The notes: a model not told the origin generated them from the letters alone. Shown: positions 18,901 through 28,483, numbered from the stretch's first letter. The stretch is DNA of 64,000 bases from an uncultured Alistipes sp. (GCA_944320685.1 CALUIK010000007.1:51747-115746), one strand, 5' to 3'. Translations and numbers: made by a program.

Positions 18901-19893
18901 ATGTACCCGTGGGGCGATAACCGCAGATTCAACAGCTACGCAGCCTATTTCAGGCGCACGTTCGGGCACCGCATGCAGAAAGTGGCCGTAAACGCCGGCT
19001 TCACATGTCCCAACCGCGACGGCACCGTCGGCCGCGGCGGCTGCTCGTTCTGCGACAACGCCGCCTTCACCCCATCATACTGCACCCCCGCCAAAAGCAT
19101 CACCCGGCAGATCGACGAGGGCATCGAATTCCATCGCCGCCGATACCGCACGGCCGAGGGTTTTATGGTATATTTCCAATCCTTCTCCAATACCTACGCG
19201 CCGCTCGAACATCTGCGGCGCCTCTACGACGAGGCCCTCGCGCACCCCCATGTCGCCGGCATCGTCGTCGGCACACGCCCCGACTGCGTCGACGAGCGCA
19301 AACTCGACTACTTCGCCACGCTCGCCCGCGACCGTTACGTGGCCATAGAGTATGGCGTGGAATCCACCTCCGACGTGACCCTGCGCCGCATAAACCGCGG
19401 CCACGACTACGCCGCAGCGCGCCGCGCCATCGCCCTCACGGCCGAGCGCGGCATACATACCGGCGCCCACTTCATCCTCGGCCTGCCCGGCGAACCGCGG
19501 CAGATGCTCATAGACCGCACCGCCGAGATAAACGCCCTGCCCCTGACGACCGTGAAGTTCCACCAGCTGCAGCTCTTCCGCGGCACTCCCCTCGCTGCCG
19601 AATACGACGCCGAACCCGAGAAGTTCCGTTTCTGGAGCGTAGATGAATACATCGACCTCTTCATCGAGATCCTGCGCCGCCTGCGCCCCGATCTGGTCGT
19701 GGAACGCTTTGCGGGAGAAGCACCCCCGCGCTTCCATCATGCCGAAGGCTGGGGGCTCATCCGCAACGAGACCCTGCTCGGGAAGCTCGACCGCCGCCTC
19801 AAGGAGCTCGACGCACATCAGGGCGACCTCCTCGACAGCATTAACGGCATCCGCACAGGAACGGCCGCGGAGAGTGCCCGCAAGCAGAAGTGA
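18901..19893 (+). CDS. TIGR01212/YhcC family radical SAM protein
   Basis: GFTCPNRDGTVGRGGCSFC cluster motif, YFQSFSNTYA, GTRPDCV and VKFHQLQL. Confidence 0.9.
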   Translation: MYPWGDNRRFNSYAAYFRRTFGHRMQKVAVNAGFTCPNRDGTVGRGGCSFCDNAAFTPSYCTPAKSITRQIDEGIEFHRRRYRTAEGFMVYFQSFSNTYAPLEHLRRLYDEALAHPHVAGIVVGTRPDCVDERKLDYFATLARDRYVAIEYGVESTSDVTLRRINRGHDYAAARRAIALTAERGIHTGAHFILGLPGEPRQMLIDRTAEINALPLTTVKFHQLQLFRGTPLAAEYDAEPEKFRFWSVDEYIDLFIEILRRLRPDLVVERFAGEAPPRFHHAEGWGLIRNETLLGKLDRRLKELDAHQGDLLDSINGIRTGTAAESARKQK

Positions 19894-19944
19894 CAATTTT
19901 CAGCACAAGCGTCAAATAAATTTGTCAAAGAGCGCACCTTATAT

Positions 19945-19952
19945 TATATTTG
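19945..19952 (+). promoter_or_regulatory. Bacteroidota -7 promoter element for yitT
   Basis: TATATTTGCG in an AT-rich intergenic region. Confidence 0.65.
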
Positions 19953-20030
19953 CGGCGAAATCGAGAGGAATAGAATAATATTTAATATCAAAACGCCATT
20001 AAGCGGTTACAATGTATAAGTGATATAACC

Positions 20031-20939
20031 ATGAAAATCTCACTCGACACGATTTTGAAGGCAGTAAAGGAATACTTCATGATGGCCATAGGCATGTTGC
20101 TGTACTCGTTCGGATGGGTCGCCTGCATAATCCCCGCAGGAGGTATGGGCGGCGGCGCCACAGGTCTCTCGATGCTGCTCAACCACTTGGTCCCCGCCAT
20201 ATCAATCGGACAGTTCGTCTTCATAGTCAATGTCCTGCTGCTGCTCGTGGCAGGGTTTATCGTCGGATGGAACTTCGGCATCAAAACCATATACTGCATC
20301 ATCATACTCTCCATAGCGATGGATATGTGGGGCATGGTCCTGCCTGAAAACATACTCGAAATATACACCCAGAATATCGACTCGCACAACATCCTGCTCG
20401 TGATCCTCGGCGCCGTCATCGCCGGCACCGGCGTGGCCATATGCTTCGCTCAGGGCGGCTCGACCGGCGGCACCGACATAGTCGCCATGATCATCAACAA
20501 ATACCGCACCGTAAGCTACGGCCGGATAGTCATTGCGGGGGACTTCGTCATCATTGGCTGTTCGCTCTTCTTCGCCACGGACCTCGCCTCGGGAATAGCC
20601 ACCGTAATATACGGATACATTATGGTGGCCGTATACGGATACACCGTCGACCTAATACAGTCGGGAAACCAGCAGTCGAGTCAGATTATGATCATAAGCA
20701 ACGACTACGAGAGCATCGCCACCGCCATCAACAACGAGGCTCACCGCGGCGTCACCCTCATCGACGGCATGGGATGGTACACGCAGCACAGCTGCAAGAT
20801 CGTCATGGTGGTATGCCGCAAACGCGACGCCTCGAGCATACTCAAGATAGCCAAGCGCGTCGACCAGAACGCCTTTATCACTATGGGCTCCGTCATGGGC
20901 GTCTACGGCAAGGGATTCGACGCCCTGAGCAAGATATAA
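20031..20939 (+). CDS. YitT family membrane protein (with DUF2179-like C-terminal domain)
   Basis: GGATG, QGGSTGGTDIVAMII and HRGVTLIDGMGWY...IDQNAF-like C-terminus. Confidence 0.88.
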   Translation: MKISLDTILKAVKEYFMMAIGMLLYSFGWVACIIPAGGMGGGATGLSMLLNHLVPAISIGQFVFIVNVLLLLVAGFIVGWNFGIKTIYCIIILSIAMDMWGMVLPENILEIYTQNIDSHNILLVILGAVIAGTGVAICFAQGGSTGGTDIVAMIINKYRTVSYGRIVIAGDFVIIGCSLFFATDLASGIATVIYGYIMVAVYGYTVDLIQSGNQQSSQIMIISNDYESIATAINNEAHRGVTLIDGMGWYTQHSCKIVMVVCRKRDASSILKIAKRVDQNAFITMGSVMGVYGKGFDALSKI

Positions 20940-20955
20940 CGAACGCCCCGAACGG

Positions 20956-20992
20956 CAGAGAGGGCGGAGCCATGCGCGCTCCGCCCTCTCTG
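20956..20992. terminator. Bidirectional terminator hairpin between convergent yitT and pth
   Basis: 15-bp stem cagagagggcggagc / gctccgccctctctg. Confidence 0.75.
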
Positions 20993-21013
20993 TCAATAAC
21001 ATTCCGTTCGCCG

Positions 21014-21577
21014 TCACTTCTTGTTGTAGGCATTCATCGTAAGGTCGGGCCCGACGGCCACGAATGACAACGCCGCCTCGCCGAATACCTTGAGCCGCTC
21101 GGGCAACGCCGCACGCTCCCCGTCGGTCCAATGGCCCAGCACATAATCGATCTGCCCGCCGCGGGCGAAATCGCCGCCTATACCGAAACGCATGCGGGCC
21201 CAATCCTCGCGCCCGAGCAGTTCGGCAATGTTCTTCAAGCCATTGTGGCCGCCGGCACTTCCTTTTTTGCGCATACGCAACTCACCGAACGGCAGCGCTA
21301 TGTCGTCGGATATGACCAGCAGGTTCTCGATGGGGATCTTCTCCTGTTCGAGCCAATAGCGCACAGCCTTGCCCGAGAGGTTCATATAGGTCGACGGCTT
21401 GAGCAGTATAACCGTACGGCCGCGGTGCCGCAGCGTCGCAGTCGAGCCGTACCGTCCCGCCGTAAAAGAGACGTTGGATGCCTCGGCCAAGGCATCCAAC
21501 ACTTTGAATCCGATATTGTGACGGGTATCGGCGTACTCGGCGCCGATGTTCCCCAGTCCTGCAATCAGATATTTCAT
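21014..21577 (-). CDS. pth: Peptidyl-tRNA hydrolase
   Basis: [32 protein letters not shown] and [10 protein letters not shown]. Confidence 0.97.
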   Translation of the reverse strand: MKYLIAGLGNIGAEYADTRHNIGFKVLDALAEASNVSFTAGRYGSTATLRHRGRTVILLKPSTYMNLSGKAVRYWLEQEKIPIENLLVISDDIALPFGELRMRKKGSAGGHNGLKNIAELLGREDWARMRFGIGGDFARGGQIDYVLGHWTDGERAALPERLKVFGEAALSFVAVGPDLTMNAYNKK

Positions 21578-21604
21578 CCGCCACTCGGATTACGCGCCGG
21601 ATTA

Positions 21605-22165
21605 TTACTGCTGGCTGCGCGTTGCGCGCGTTACGCGGACTGCGCACACAGCCGTCGTTGCGGGGGTTACAAAGGTCAAACCCTCGAACTTCAGGTCGCC
21701 GACGAAGATCGTCTGGCCCACCTTAAGCGGGGTCACGTCGATAACCAGCTCGTCGGGCAGCTTGTCAACGGGAGCCTTCACGGTGAGCTTGCGGGCCGAC
21801 AGGGCCAGCTTACCGCCCACCTTCACGCCCTCGGCGGTACCGTTCAGGCGTACGGGAATGGCTATTGCGACGGGCTTGCCCTCCTGAACACGGTAGAAGT
21901 CGATGTGAAGGATCTGCTCGCGTACGGGGTGGAACTGCACCTCGCGCATTACCGCCTTCTCGACCTTGCCGTCGATGTCAAGCTCGACGATATACGAATT
22001 GGGGGTGTAGATCAGAGGTTTTACCTCCTTGGCGTCTACGGTGAATGCGACCTCCTCGCCGCCACCGTAGATCATGCAGGGCACCAGACCCTCGCGACGG
22101 AAAGCCTTGGCGGCCTTCTTGCCGAAATCGGCACGCTTCACTGCTTTGAGCTGAAGTGTTTTCAT
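21605..22165 (-). CDS. rplY: 50S ribosomal protein L25 / general stress protein Ctc
   Basis: GKKAAKAFRREGLVPCMIYG, VQFHPVREQILHIDF and GVKVGG. Start at MKTLQL. Confidence 0.95.
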   Translation of the reverse strand: MKTLQLKAVKRADFGKKAAKAFRREGLVPCMIYGGGEEVAFTVDAKEVKPLIYTPNSYIVELDIDGKVEKAVMREVQFHPVREQILHIDFYRVQEGKPVAIAIPVRLNGTAEGVKVGGKLALSARKLTVKAPVDKLPDELVIDVTPLKVGQTIFVGDLKFEGLTFVTPATTAVCAVRVTRATRSQQ

Positions 22166-22367
22166 CTTTTTTGTGTACTTTAATGTTATTACCTGCGGCA
22201 TTACTCAAGGGACTCCGACCGCCGACTCCTCATGCGTCGCCCGCGCGGCGCCACATTCCTCCGCTTCGGCTGCATGCCGTTTCCCATACCTTCCGGCTGG
22301 GCATCCGTCCATGCGCCTGCGGCCCTATCCACGGCCCGGTCTCTCCCATCATGCCTGAAATCGAGGG

Positions 22368-22375
22368 CAAAGATA
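22368..22375 (-). promoter_or_regulatory. Bacteroidota -7 promoter element for rplY-pth
   Basis: TATCTTTG on the minus strand, about 200 nt upstream of the rplY ATG. Confidence 0.6.
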
Positions 22376-22481
22376 TGCCTTAATCTCCAAAAATCAAAAT
22401 TTTCCGCCTCCATAATAGGCTCCGCCGCAAACCGCAGGGCCGGCGGCAGGACCCCGTTCGCCGTCCCCCGGCGGCCGGCCG

Positions 22482-23255
22482 CTACCGCTCGCCGGCGAGG
22501 CCCTTCGCCTTCAGCGCCTCCGCCACGGCATGCGCGCTGAAGACGGGGTTGGTAAGCACCGGCACGCCCAGAGCACGGGACACGCTCCCGCCGACATATG
22601 CCATGGAGCCCTGCGTGAAGATCACAACGTCGGCATCCGAAGCCTCCGCCGCGATACGCTCCGCAAGCAGCCGTTCGAACCGACCGCGTTCCATGCCGAA
22701 ACCGCCGTCTATGACCACCTCGCGCACCTCGATACGGCAGCCGGCCTCACGTGCCGCCCGCTCAAGCGTCCTCCGTGTGGGCGCTATCGAGCAGGGGAAT
22801 GTCGCCACAACCGCCACGGTGCCGCCGCGGCGCACAGCTTCGCGGCACATGGCGTCGTTGACCATCACTACCGGCACCCCGACAAAACGCGCCGCGTCCT
22901 GCATGGCATAGGCTACATCCTCGACCGTAGAGCAGATGCTCAACACCGCATCGGCCCCATCCTCTGCGGCCTGCATGTACGTCGCGGCGATACGCGCCGC
23001 GGCATGCGGCACGACATAACCGGCCTCGCTGATCTCGTTGAACGCCTCGGGCACCTCATACACCAAGAACTCGACATCCGCGCCGACACTCTCGCGCAAC
23101 GCCCGCTCGACGTCGGCCTTGAGTTCGGGCGTGGTGACCGTATAGACCAAAGCCACCCGCGGCGTCCGCCTATCGGGCTGCGCCCCGCACGGCACCGACA
23201 TCAAGATCGCCGCCGCAAATGCAAGCAACGGCACAAAATTCCTCAACCGTTCCAT
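22482..23255 (-). CDS. Asp/Glu/hydantoin racemase-superfamily protein with N-terminal signal peptide
   Basis: GADAVLSICSTV, VAVVATFPCSIAPT and DVVIFTQGSMA resemble the racemase-fold family. N-terminus MERLRNFVPLLAFAAAILMSVPCGA looks like a Sec signal. Confidence 0.65.
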   Translation of the reverse strand: MERLRNFVPLLAFAAAILMSVPCGAQPDRRTPRVALVYTVTTPELKADVERALRESVGADVEFLVYEVPEAFNEISEAGYVVPHAAARIAATYMQAAEDGADAVLSICSTVEDVAYAMQDAARFVGVPVVMVNDAMCREAVRRGGTVAVVATFPCSIAPTRRTLERAAREAGCRIEVREVVIDGGFGMERGRFERLLAERIAAEASDADVVIFTQGSMAYVGGSVSRALGVPVLTNPVFSAHAVAEALKAKGLAGER

Positions 23256-23321
23256 AAATATCACCATTTAACGTTTGTACGGATCGTACATTCGGTCCAT
23301 TCCAAGCCTGCGGCCGTCCGC

Positions 23322-23357
23322 AAAACGCAAGGACGGGCACGATTGCCCGTCCTTGCG
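23322..23357 (-). terminator. Intrinsic terminator after the outer-membrane barrel gene
   Basis: 14-bp stem cgcaaggacgggca / tgcccgtccttgcg followed by TTTT on the minus strand. Confidence 0.8.
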
Positions 23358-23427
23358 CACTCTTCCGGCATCTTACGCCTCTTTTTCCACCATATTCGCC
23401 GCGGCATCGCGGCACAATACTGCGATA

Positions 23428-24090
23428 TTAGAATATGATGAAGTTGATGCCAACCTGCAACACATGCGTGTACTCCTTGTAGCGCACATTCGACGCCGGC
23501 ATGTCGTACTTGCCCGTATCGCAGATGTCGGGGCGGTGCATGTTCAGCTGGTAACCCAGCTGCAAGTCCATCTTCAAAGACCCGCTCACGATGACGCGCA
23601 CACCGCCTCCGGCCGCCGCCATGGCCCCCGTCTTGGTGTTGCCGCTGAAATAGAACTGCGGACCGAGGTTGACGTAGTTGAACCAGCGGTGGCGGAAATT
23701 GCCTTTAGACGGACCGTAATAATATGTGGCCGTAGCATACAAGGGCAGGGCGTAGTCGTTATACTGGAACAACATGCCCGCCTCGGCGCCTACCGTCAGG
23801 TTGTCGGTGAACTTGTATCCCGTTCCCAGATGGACGCTCCCGCCCGACAACGACGGTGCGCGGTCGTAACGCACCACATCTCCGCGGTCGATGTAACGTA
23901 TGCGGTCGAACGCCCCGAGCGCCATGTTATAGCTGCCGCCGAAGGTCACGGTCCAGCGACGCTCCGACATACCGAGGTCATACTCGCGCACCTCTCTCTT
24001 TTTTTTGTATTTGGGTACTATTCTCTGCGCTTCGGCCGTCATGCCGCAGCAAAAGAGGGCCAGCAGAGATAAAAGCAGATATTTTTTCAT
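23428..24090 (-). CDS. Outer-membrane beta-barrel protein (about 8 strands), function unknown
   Basis: Signal peptide, alternating amphipathic strands rich in G/Y/F, and C-terminal BAM-type motif ...LQVGINFIIF. Confidence 0.75.
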   Translation of the reverse strand: MKKYLLLSLLALFCCGMTAEAQRIVPKYKKKREVREYDLGMSERRWTVTFGGSYNMALGAFDRIRYIDRGDVVRYDRAPSLSGGSVHLGTGYKFTDNLTVGAEAGMLFQYNDYALPLYATATYYYGPSKGNFRHRWFNYVNLGPQFYFSGNTKTGAMAAAGGGVRVIVSGSLKMDLQLGYQLNMHRPDICDTGKYDMPASNVRYKEYTHVLQVGINFIIF

Positions 24091-24184
24091 TCCGTATCCG
24101 ATAAATTGCTACACCGCAAGAACACCGCGGCGCATCCTGTGTACACACTAACGCGCCGCAGCCGCGTTTTATTTTATGCGGCGG

Positions 24185-25210
24185 CTATTTTATGCCGCGA
24201 ACGTGTTTCTCCCACGCCCATGCCGAGCGGAGCGTGTCGTCGAGCGAACGTTCCGCCTTCCAGCCCAGTTCCGTATTCGCCAGCGTCGTGTCGGCCCAAA
24301 TGGCCACCACGTCGCCCGCGCGGCGCGGTGCGATCTTATAGTTGAGCTTCAGGTTGTTCACACGCTCGAAGCTATGTACCAGTTCCAATACCGAGGTGCC
24401 GTTGCCCGTGCCGACGTTGAATATCTCATACCCCTGCTTGTTGCGGTTCTCCACCATGCGGGTGATGGCCACGACGTGTGCCTTGGCCAAATCGACCACA
24501 TCGATGTAGTCGCGCAGACACGACCCGTCCGGTGTGGGATAGTCGTCGCCGAAGACGCTCAGGCACTCGCGCACGCCGGCCGCCGTCTGCGTGATGAAAG
24601 GAACGAGGTTCTGCGGCACGCCGCGCGGCAGCTCGCCGATGAGGGCCGACGGATGCGCCCCTATAGGGTTGAAGTAACGCAGCGCGATACCCTTCAGGCC
24701 GTCGTACGCAGCGACCGAGTCACGCAGTATATCCTCACACATCTGTTTGGTGTTGCCGTAGGCCGAAGTGGCGGGTTTGCGGGGCGTCTGCTCCGTAACG
24801 GGCAGGTGGTCGGCCTCGCCGTAAACCGTCGCCGACGACGAGAAGACGATATTCTGGCGACCGAACTCACGCATCAGGTCAACCACATTCATGAACGACG
24901 TGAGATTGTTGCGGTAATACTTCATGGGGTCGGCAACCGACTCGCCCACGGCCTTGTATGCGGCGAAGTGGATCACCGAATTGAATTTGTATTGTTCGAA
25001 GACGCGGCGGAAAGCCTCCTTGTCGCAGCAGTCGACATTGACGAAGGGCACGTCGACGCCAGTGATCTTGCGGACGCCCTCGACACCGCTCATGTCGGAA
25101 TTGGACAGATTGTCGGCCACGACCACATCGTAGCCCGCATTTATCAACTCCACGGCGGTATGCGAACCTATGTAACCCGCACCGCCTGAAACCAGAACCA
25201 TCTCTTTCAT
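24185..25210 (-). CDS. galE: UDP-glucose 4-epimerase
   Basis: GGAGYIGSHT, IHFAAYKAVGESV, FSSSATVYG, YGNTK and LRYFNPIGAH. Confidence 0.96.
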   Translation of the reverse strand: MKEMVLVSGGAGYIGSHTAVELINAGYDVVVADNLSNSDMSGVEGVRKITGVDVPFVNVDCCDKEAFRRVFEQYKFNSVIHFAAYKAVGESVADPMKYYRNNLTSFMNVVDLMREFGRQNIVFSSSATVYGEADHLPVTEQTPRKPATSAYGNTKQMCEDILRDSVAAYDGLKGIALRYFNPIGAHPSALIGELPRGVPQNLVPFITQTAAGVRECLSVFGDDYPTPDGSCLRDYIDVVDLAKAHVVAITRMVENRNKQGYEIFNVGTGNGTSVLELVHSFERVNNLKLNYKIAPRRAGDVVAIWADTTLANTELGWKAERSLDDTLRSAWAWEKHVRGIK

Positions 25211-25232
25211 CGCTATAGTGTGTATTTTTTAC

Positions 25233-25250
25233 TTACCTTTGCAAAGGTAA
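25233..25250. promoter_or_regulatory. Perfect 18-bp palindrome made of two overlapping -7 promoter elements (galE promoter)
   Basis: TTACCTTTGCAAAGGTAA is its own reverse complement and contains TACCTTTG on both strands. Confidence 0.7.
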
Positions 25251-25370
25251 TAAACTTCTTTCAAACGATCGCAATTTTCGGCTTCCAACATCGCCGCACC
25301 GGCACTCTTTCTATACGCCCCCTATGCGGCGCCAGCCGCATGCACGGCGTGCGGGATACCGGTGCCGCCG

Positions 25371-26882
25371 TCACTCCGCCGCCGCGTCAGCCGGCGACTC
25401 CGCCGCACCGCCGCCCTCGACGGCATCCTCCACGGTCCCGAACGCCGTCAGCGCATCGGCCAATATGCGGTACAGGTTATCCCCGCCGTCGGTAAAGTAC
25501 ACCGTACAACGGAAGCTGTCGGGGCGTTCGGCTAAACCCTCCACGCGATCCACGCGCGAGTGCAGCGACACGGCGGAACCGCCCGAATCCAGCAATTCCA
25601 GAAACGGCCTTGCCGCCGCCAGCAGCTGCTTGACATCAAGGTAAAAGGCACCGTAGCCCTCGCGGCAGCCGGCAAGCGCCGCAGGGTCCGAGGCTTTCGG
25701 CAGCGACATCATGCCATCGACGGTCGAAATGACCATATCGCCGTCACGCACGCCTATCCACACGTTCGTGCCGTCGGCCTCGACCACATAGCCGCCATCC
25801 CTCTTCTCGACAGGCATATCCGTCCACAGTTTCTGCACCACGAAGTCCATATCCATCAGCTCTCTATCCGCCACGCGTACCATCAGCGTGGCGGGAACAT
25901 GCACGTTGTTATCGGCTATGACCGGCGCACCCATCACGACAGCCATGTCTCCCGACAGAGACTCCACGATGCGCCGCAGCCGCGCGAAATCCTCATCTTC
26001 GCCGGTATCGGCAAAATACGGCAGCCGCGCCAAAGCCTCCGACACCTTGCCCCCGTCTATCGCGTTGTACATCACGAACATCGACGACGCGGGGATACAG
26101 TCGGCATAACGTCCCTTGACACGCATCATGCCTGCCGTATTCTCCTCGAGATAACGTGCCGCAGCGTCGGTCTCGGCAACCACATCGTAACGCATCTCGG
26201 CGACACCGCTGCCGCTCGAAAGGCCCAATACCATCGATATGTCCTCTATCGGCAAATCATTGCCGTAGATATTCTTCATCACCGCGAGCTCATCCTCGTC
26301 GAAGATAGCGCCCGAAACCATCACCGCGATGTCGGCATCGGCCTCCATCATACGGCGGAAACCCTCCGTCGCGGGCCCGCCGCCTCCATTATGCTCCAGC
26401 GCGCGGCGCCACCACGCGGCATCGCGTTCTCCCCGGGCATCAGCCGCTACGGCCACATGCGAATCGAATACCGCGCAGCGGCCGTCGTTCTCGACCCACG
26501 CGACATCGCCGCGGCGATGCACCCTGCTCACGCACAACTCCTGCACAGTGCGTCCGAACAGCGCCGCATCCGACAGGGGCATTATCACCGCCGCCGATGC
26601 ATCCCCGTCATTCGAAATTGCGACGTAAACAGGCTTGCCGGTGTCGACACCCCACTCCTTCGGCGAAGAGACGGTCTCTGCGGCCTGCAGCCCGGCCATC
26701 TCCATGACCTTGGCCATGAACTCCTCACCGCCATTCTCTTCCAATATACGCCCTGTACTTATACGCATCACGACGGCGGCATCCGCCGGTATCAATGACA
26801 CGGCATCCTGCGCCGCACATACCCCGCCGCACAAAATGGCCGCCGCAAGCAGGGTTCCCGACAAAACGCTTTTCTTGAACAT
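25371..26882 (-). CDS. Exported protein, DUF4836-like
   Basis: Signal peptide MFKKSVLSGTLLAAAILCGGVCAA, then SLIPADAAVVMRI and PKEWGVDTGKPVY, which recall DUF4836. Start reassigned to ATG 26882, downstream of a promoter element. Confidence 0.65.
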   Translation of the reverse strand: MFKKSVLSGTLLAAAILCGGVCAAQDAVSLIPADAAVVMRISTGRILEENGGEEFMAKVMEMAGLQAAETVSSPKEWGVDTGKPVYVAISNDGDASAAVIMPLSDAALFGRTVQELCVSRVHRRGDVAWVENDGRCAVFDSHVAVAADARGERDAAWWRRALEHNGGGGPATEGFRRMMEADADIAVMVSGAIFDEDELAVMKNIYGNDLPIEDISMVLGLSSGSGVAEMRYDVVAETDAAARYLEENTAGMMRVKGRYADCIPASSMFVMYNAIDGGKVSEALARLPYFADTGEDEDFARLRRIVESLSGDMAVVMGAPVIADNNVHVPATLMVRVADRELMDMDFVVQKLWTDMPVEKRDGGYVVEADGTNVWIGVRDGDMVISTVDGMMSLPKASDPAALAGCREGYGAFYLDVKQLLAAARPFLELLDSGGSAVSLHSRVDRVEGLAERPDSFRCTVYFTDGGDNLYRILADALTAFGTVEDAVEGGGAAESPADAAAE

Positions 26883-26919
26883 AATACTGTAATAACAGAT
26901 TACTGCAATATGCATCCCA

Positions 26920-26927
26920 CAAATATA
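26920..26927 (-). promoter_or_regulatory. Bacteroidota -7 promoter element for the DUF4836-like gene
   Basis: TATATTTG on the minus strand. Confidence 0.6.
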
Positions 26928-26992
26928 GTATTTTTTTGCCATATGCCGCCGCCGGCCATGAAACTTCTCCGCATGCGGTACACGACAGCCAT

Positions 26993-27036
26993 AAAAACGG
27001 GCGGCGCACCCGTCCGGCCATCGGATCGGGTGCGCC
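26993..27036 (-). terminator. Intrinsic terminator after the DUF4465-like gene
   Basis: 10-bp stem ggcgcacccg / cgggtgcgcc followed by a T tract on the minus strand (aaaaa at 26993-26997). Confidence 0.65.
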
Positions 27037-27100
27037 CCCGCGTGAAACGACACACGGCAACGGGATATTCACCGGCCGCCGCGCGCAGCGGCCGCTTGTC

Positions 27101-27889
27101 TTACTCGGCCTGCCACTCGACCGTAACGTCGTCGATGGCATAATAGGTAGGCATGGCAAAGCCGTAATCGTTGACCGTGTCGCCCGTCATGTCGAACTTC
27201 ACCTCGACAACCTCGCCAAGCGACGAGAGATTCCATGCCGTCCACTCGGTGATCATGTTGTCCTTCTCGGCAAAGGTCATCGTGACAGATCCCGTCTCGT
27301 TGCCCTCGGCGTCATAACCCGTGGCGATGATCTCCACCTTCTGACCTTCGGCGATGGCGGGCGCCGAAGGGTTGCCGTTCTTCGCGATATTGAGGAAATA
27401 GCAGGTGGAATTGACATAACAGCCGCATACGACGCGCGCCTTGCCGTCGGCGAACCTGAGCGACGGGCGGAAATCGCCCCACTCGCTCTTGTTGCCGTAA
27501 CCGATCAGGAACGTGTCGGAACCGTTATGGCCGCCGCGCGTGGTGGCATTCTCATTCGAAGCGTTATAGACATAGAGGTCGGTGGTGTAGTCGCCATATG
27601 CGGCCAGATCGTTCGAGTTGTACGACGACACCACCCAGCCGCCGGAGAAGTAGCCGTCAGAGAAGATATTTGGTCCGGTCAGCGAGGTGGCGCCGTCTTC
27701 CCATACATAGTCGGACGTAGCGACCGCACCCGTATATGTGGCACCGAACGACGAGGCCACGAAAGGCGTCCACTCCGAACCCTCGAAAGTAACGATGGCC
27801 GTCTCCATCGAGGGGCCGTCCTCAGAACAACTTGCGAACATCGCTGCCGCGGCGAACATCGCCGCAATAAGTCTCATCTTTTTCATCAT
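27101..27889 (-). CDS. DUF4465-like surface lipoprotein, predicted cobalamin-binding
   Basis: Lipobox MFASC followed by acidic SED. Motifs GCYVNSTCY, WTAWNLSSLGEV and GFAMPTYYAIDDV recall DUF4465. Lies directly downstream of a cobalamin riboswitch. Confidence 0.75.
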   Translation of the reverse strand: MMKKMRLIAAMFAAAAMFASCSEDGPSMETAIVTFEGSEWTPFVASSFGATYTGAVATSDYVWEDGATSLTGPNIFSDGYFSGGWVVSSYNSNDLAAYGDYTTDLYVYNASNENATTRGGHNGSDTFLIGYGNKSEWGDFRPSLRFADGKARVVCGCYVNSTCYFLNIAKNGNPSAPAIAEGQKVEIIATGYDAEGNETGSVTMTFAEKDNMITEWTAWNLSSLGEVVEVKFDMTGDTVNDYGFAMPTYYAIDDVTVEWQAE

Positions 27890-28111
27890 TCTATTTTTTA
27901 GGTTAAACGTATCCCTGCTCACCCCTCATATCGTCAGCATATCCCACAACACCGCTCGGGTCCCTGCGTACGGCAGCGCCGCATGCAGGTATAATAGGCC
28001 TGCGGCCGCATCCGCACCCGTCGGGCGGCGGATCTCGCATAATGACACGGCATTCGGAATAAACCTTGTTTCGCACCCTCCCGTTCGCCGCAGGCCGGGT
28101 GCGCAGGGGCC

Positions 28112-28304
28112 GGTATCGGCAGGTCTTCTGACTCGCCCCGCAGGCGGCACCTTCCCGATCCCGCAGGACCAGTGGTCAAAGATAGCCGCCCAACAATTCC
28201 GCCCCACAGGCGGAGGAGCATACAGCAGCGGGAACTGTACGGGCATCCCACCCGTTTCCCTTTTGATTCCCTGACCGGCAGAACCGGCTGCGGGAAACCG
28301 ATAC
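28112..28304 (-). ncRNA. Cobalamin riboswitch
   Basis: Minus strand reads AAAAGGGAAACGGGTGGGATGCCCGTACAGTTCCCGCTGCTGT...ACCACTG...GGGAAGG...GAGTCAGAAGACCTGCC, the conserved core and B12 box. P1 closes as GTATCGG/CCGATAC. Confidence 0.93.
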
Positions 28305-28309
28305 GGTTG

Positions 28310-28317
28310 CAAATATA
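28310..28317 (-). promoter_or_regulatory. Bacteroidota -7 promoter element directly upstream of the riboswitch
   Basis: TATATTTGC ends about 5 nt before the first riboswitch base. Confidence 0.8.
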
Positions 28318-28475
28318 GAATGTTCGGACGAGACCGCCAAATTTCTCCTCCTGTTTTAGGCGGCATGCCGGCCATTCCCGCCATCGGGGACGGGGCCTGC
28401 GGCCCGCACAACCCGCGCAGCGGCAATATCATGAGATTTTTACACCGAAAACAGGATTTTTTATATACTCTTTTG

Positions 28476-28483
28476 TAATTTTG
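28476..28483 (+). promoter_or_regulatory. Bacteroidota -7 promoter element for the ABC exporter operon
   Basis: TAATTTTG about 50 nt upstream of the ATG. Confidence 0.55.
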
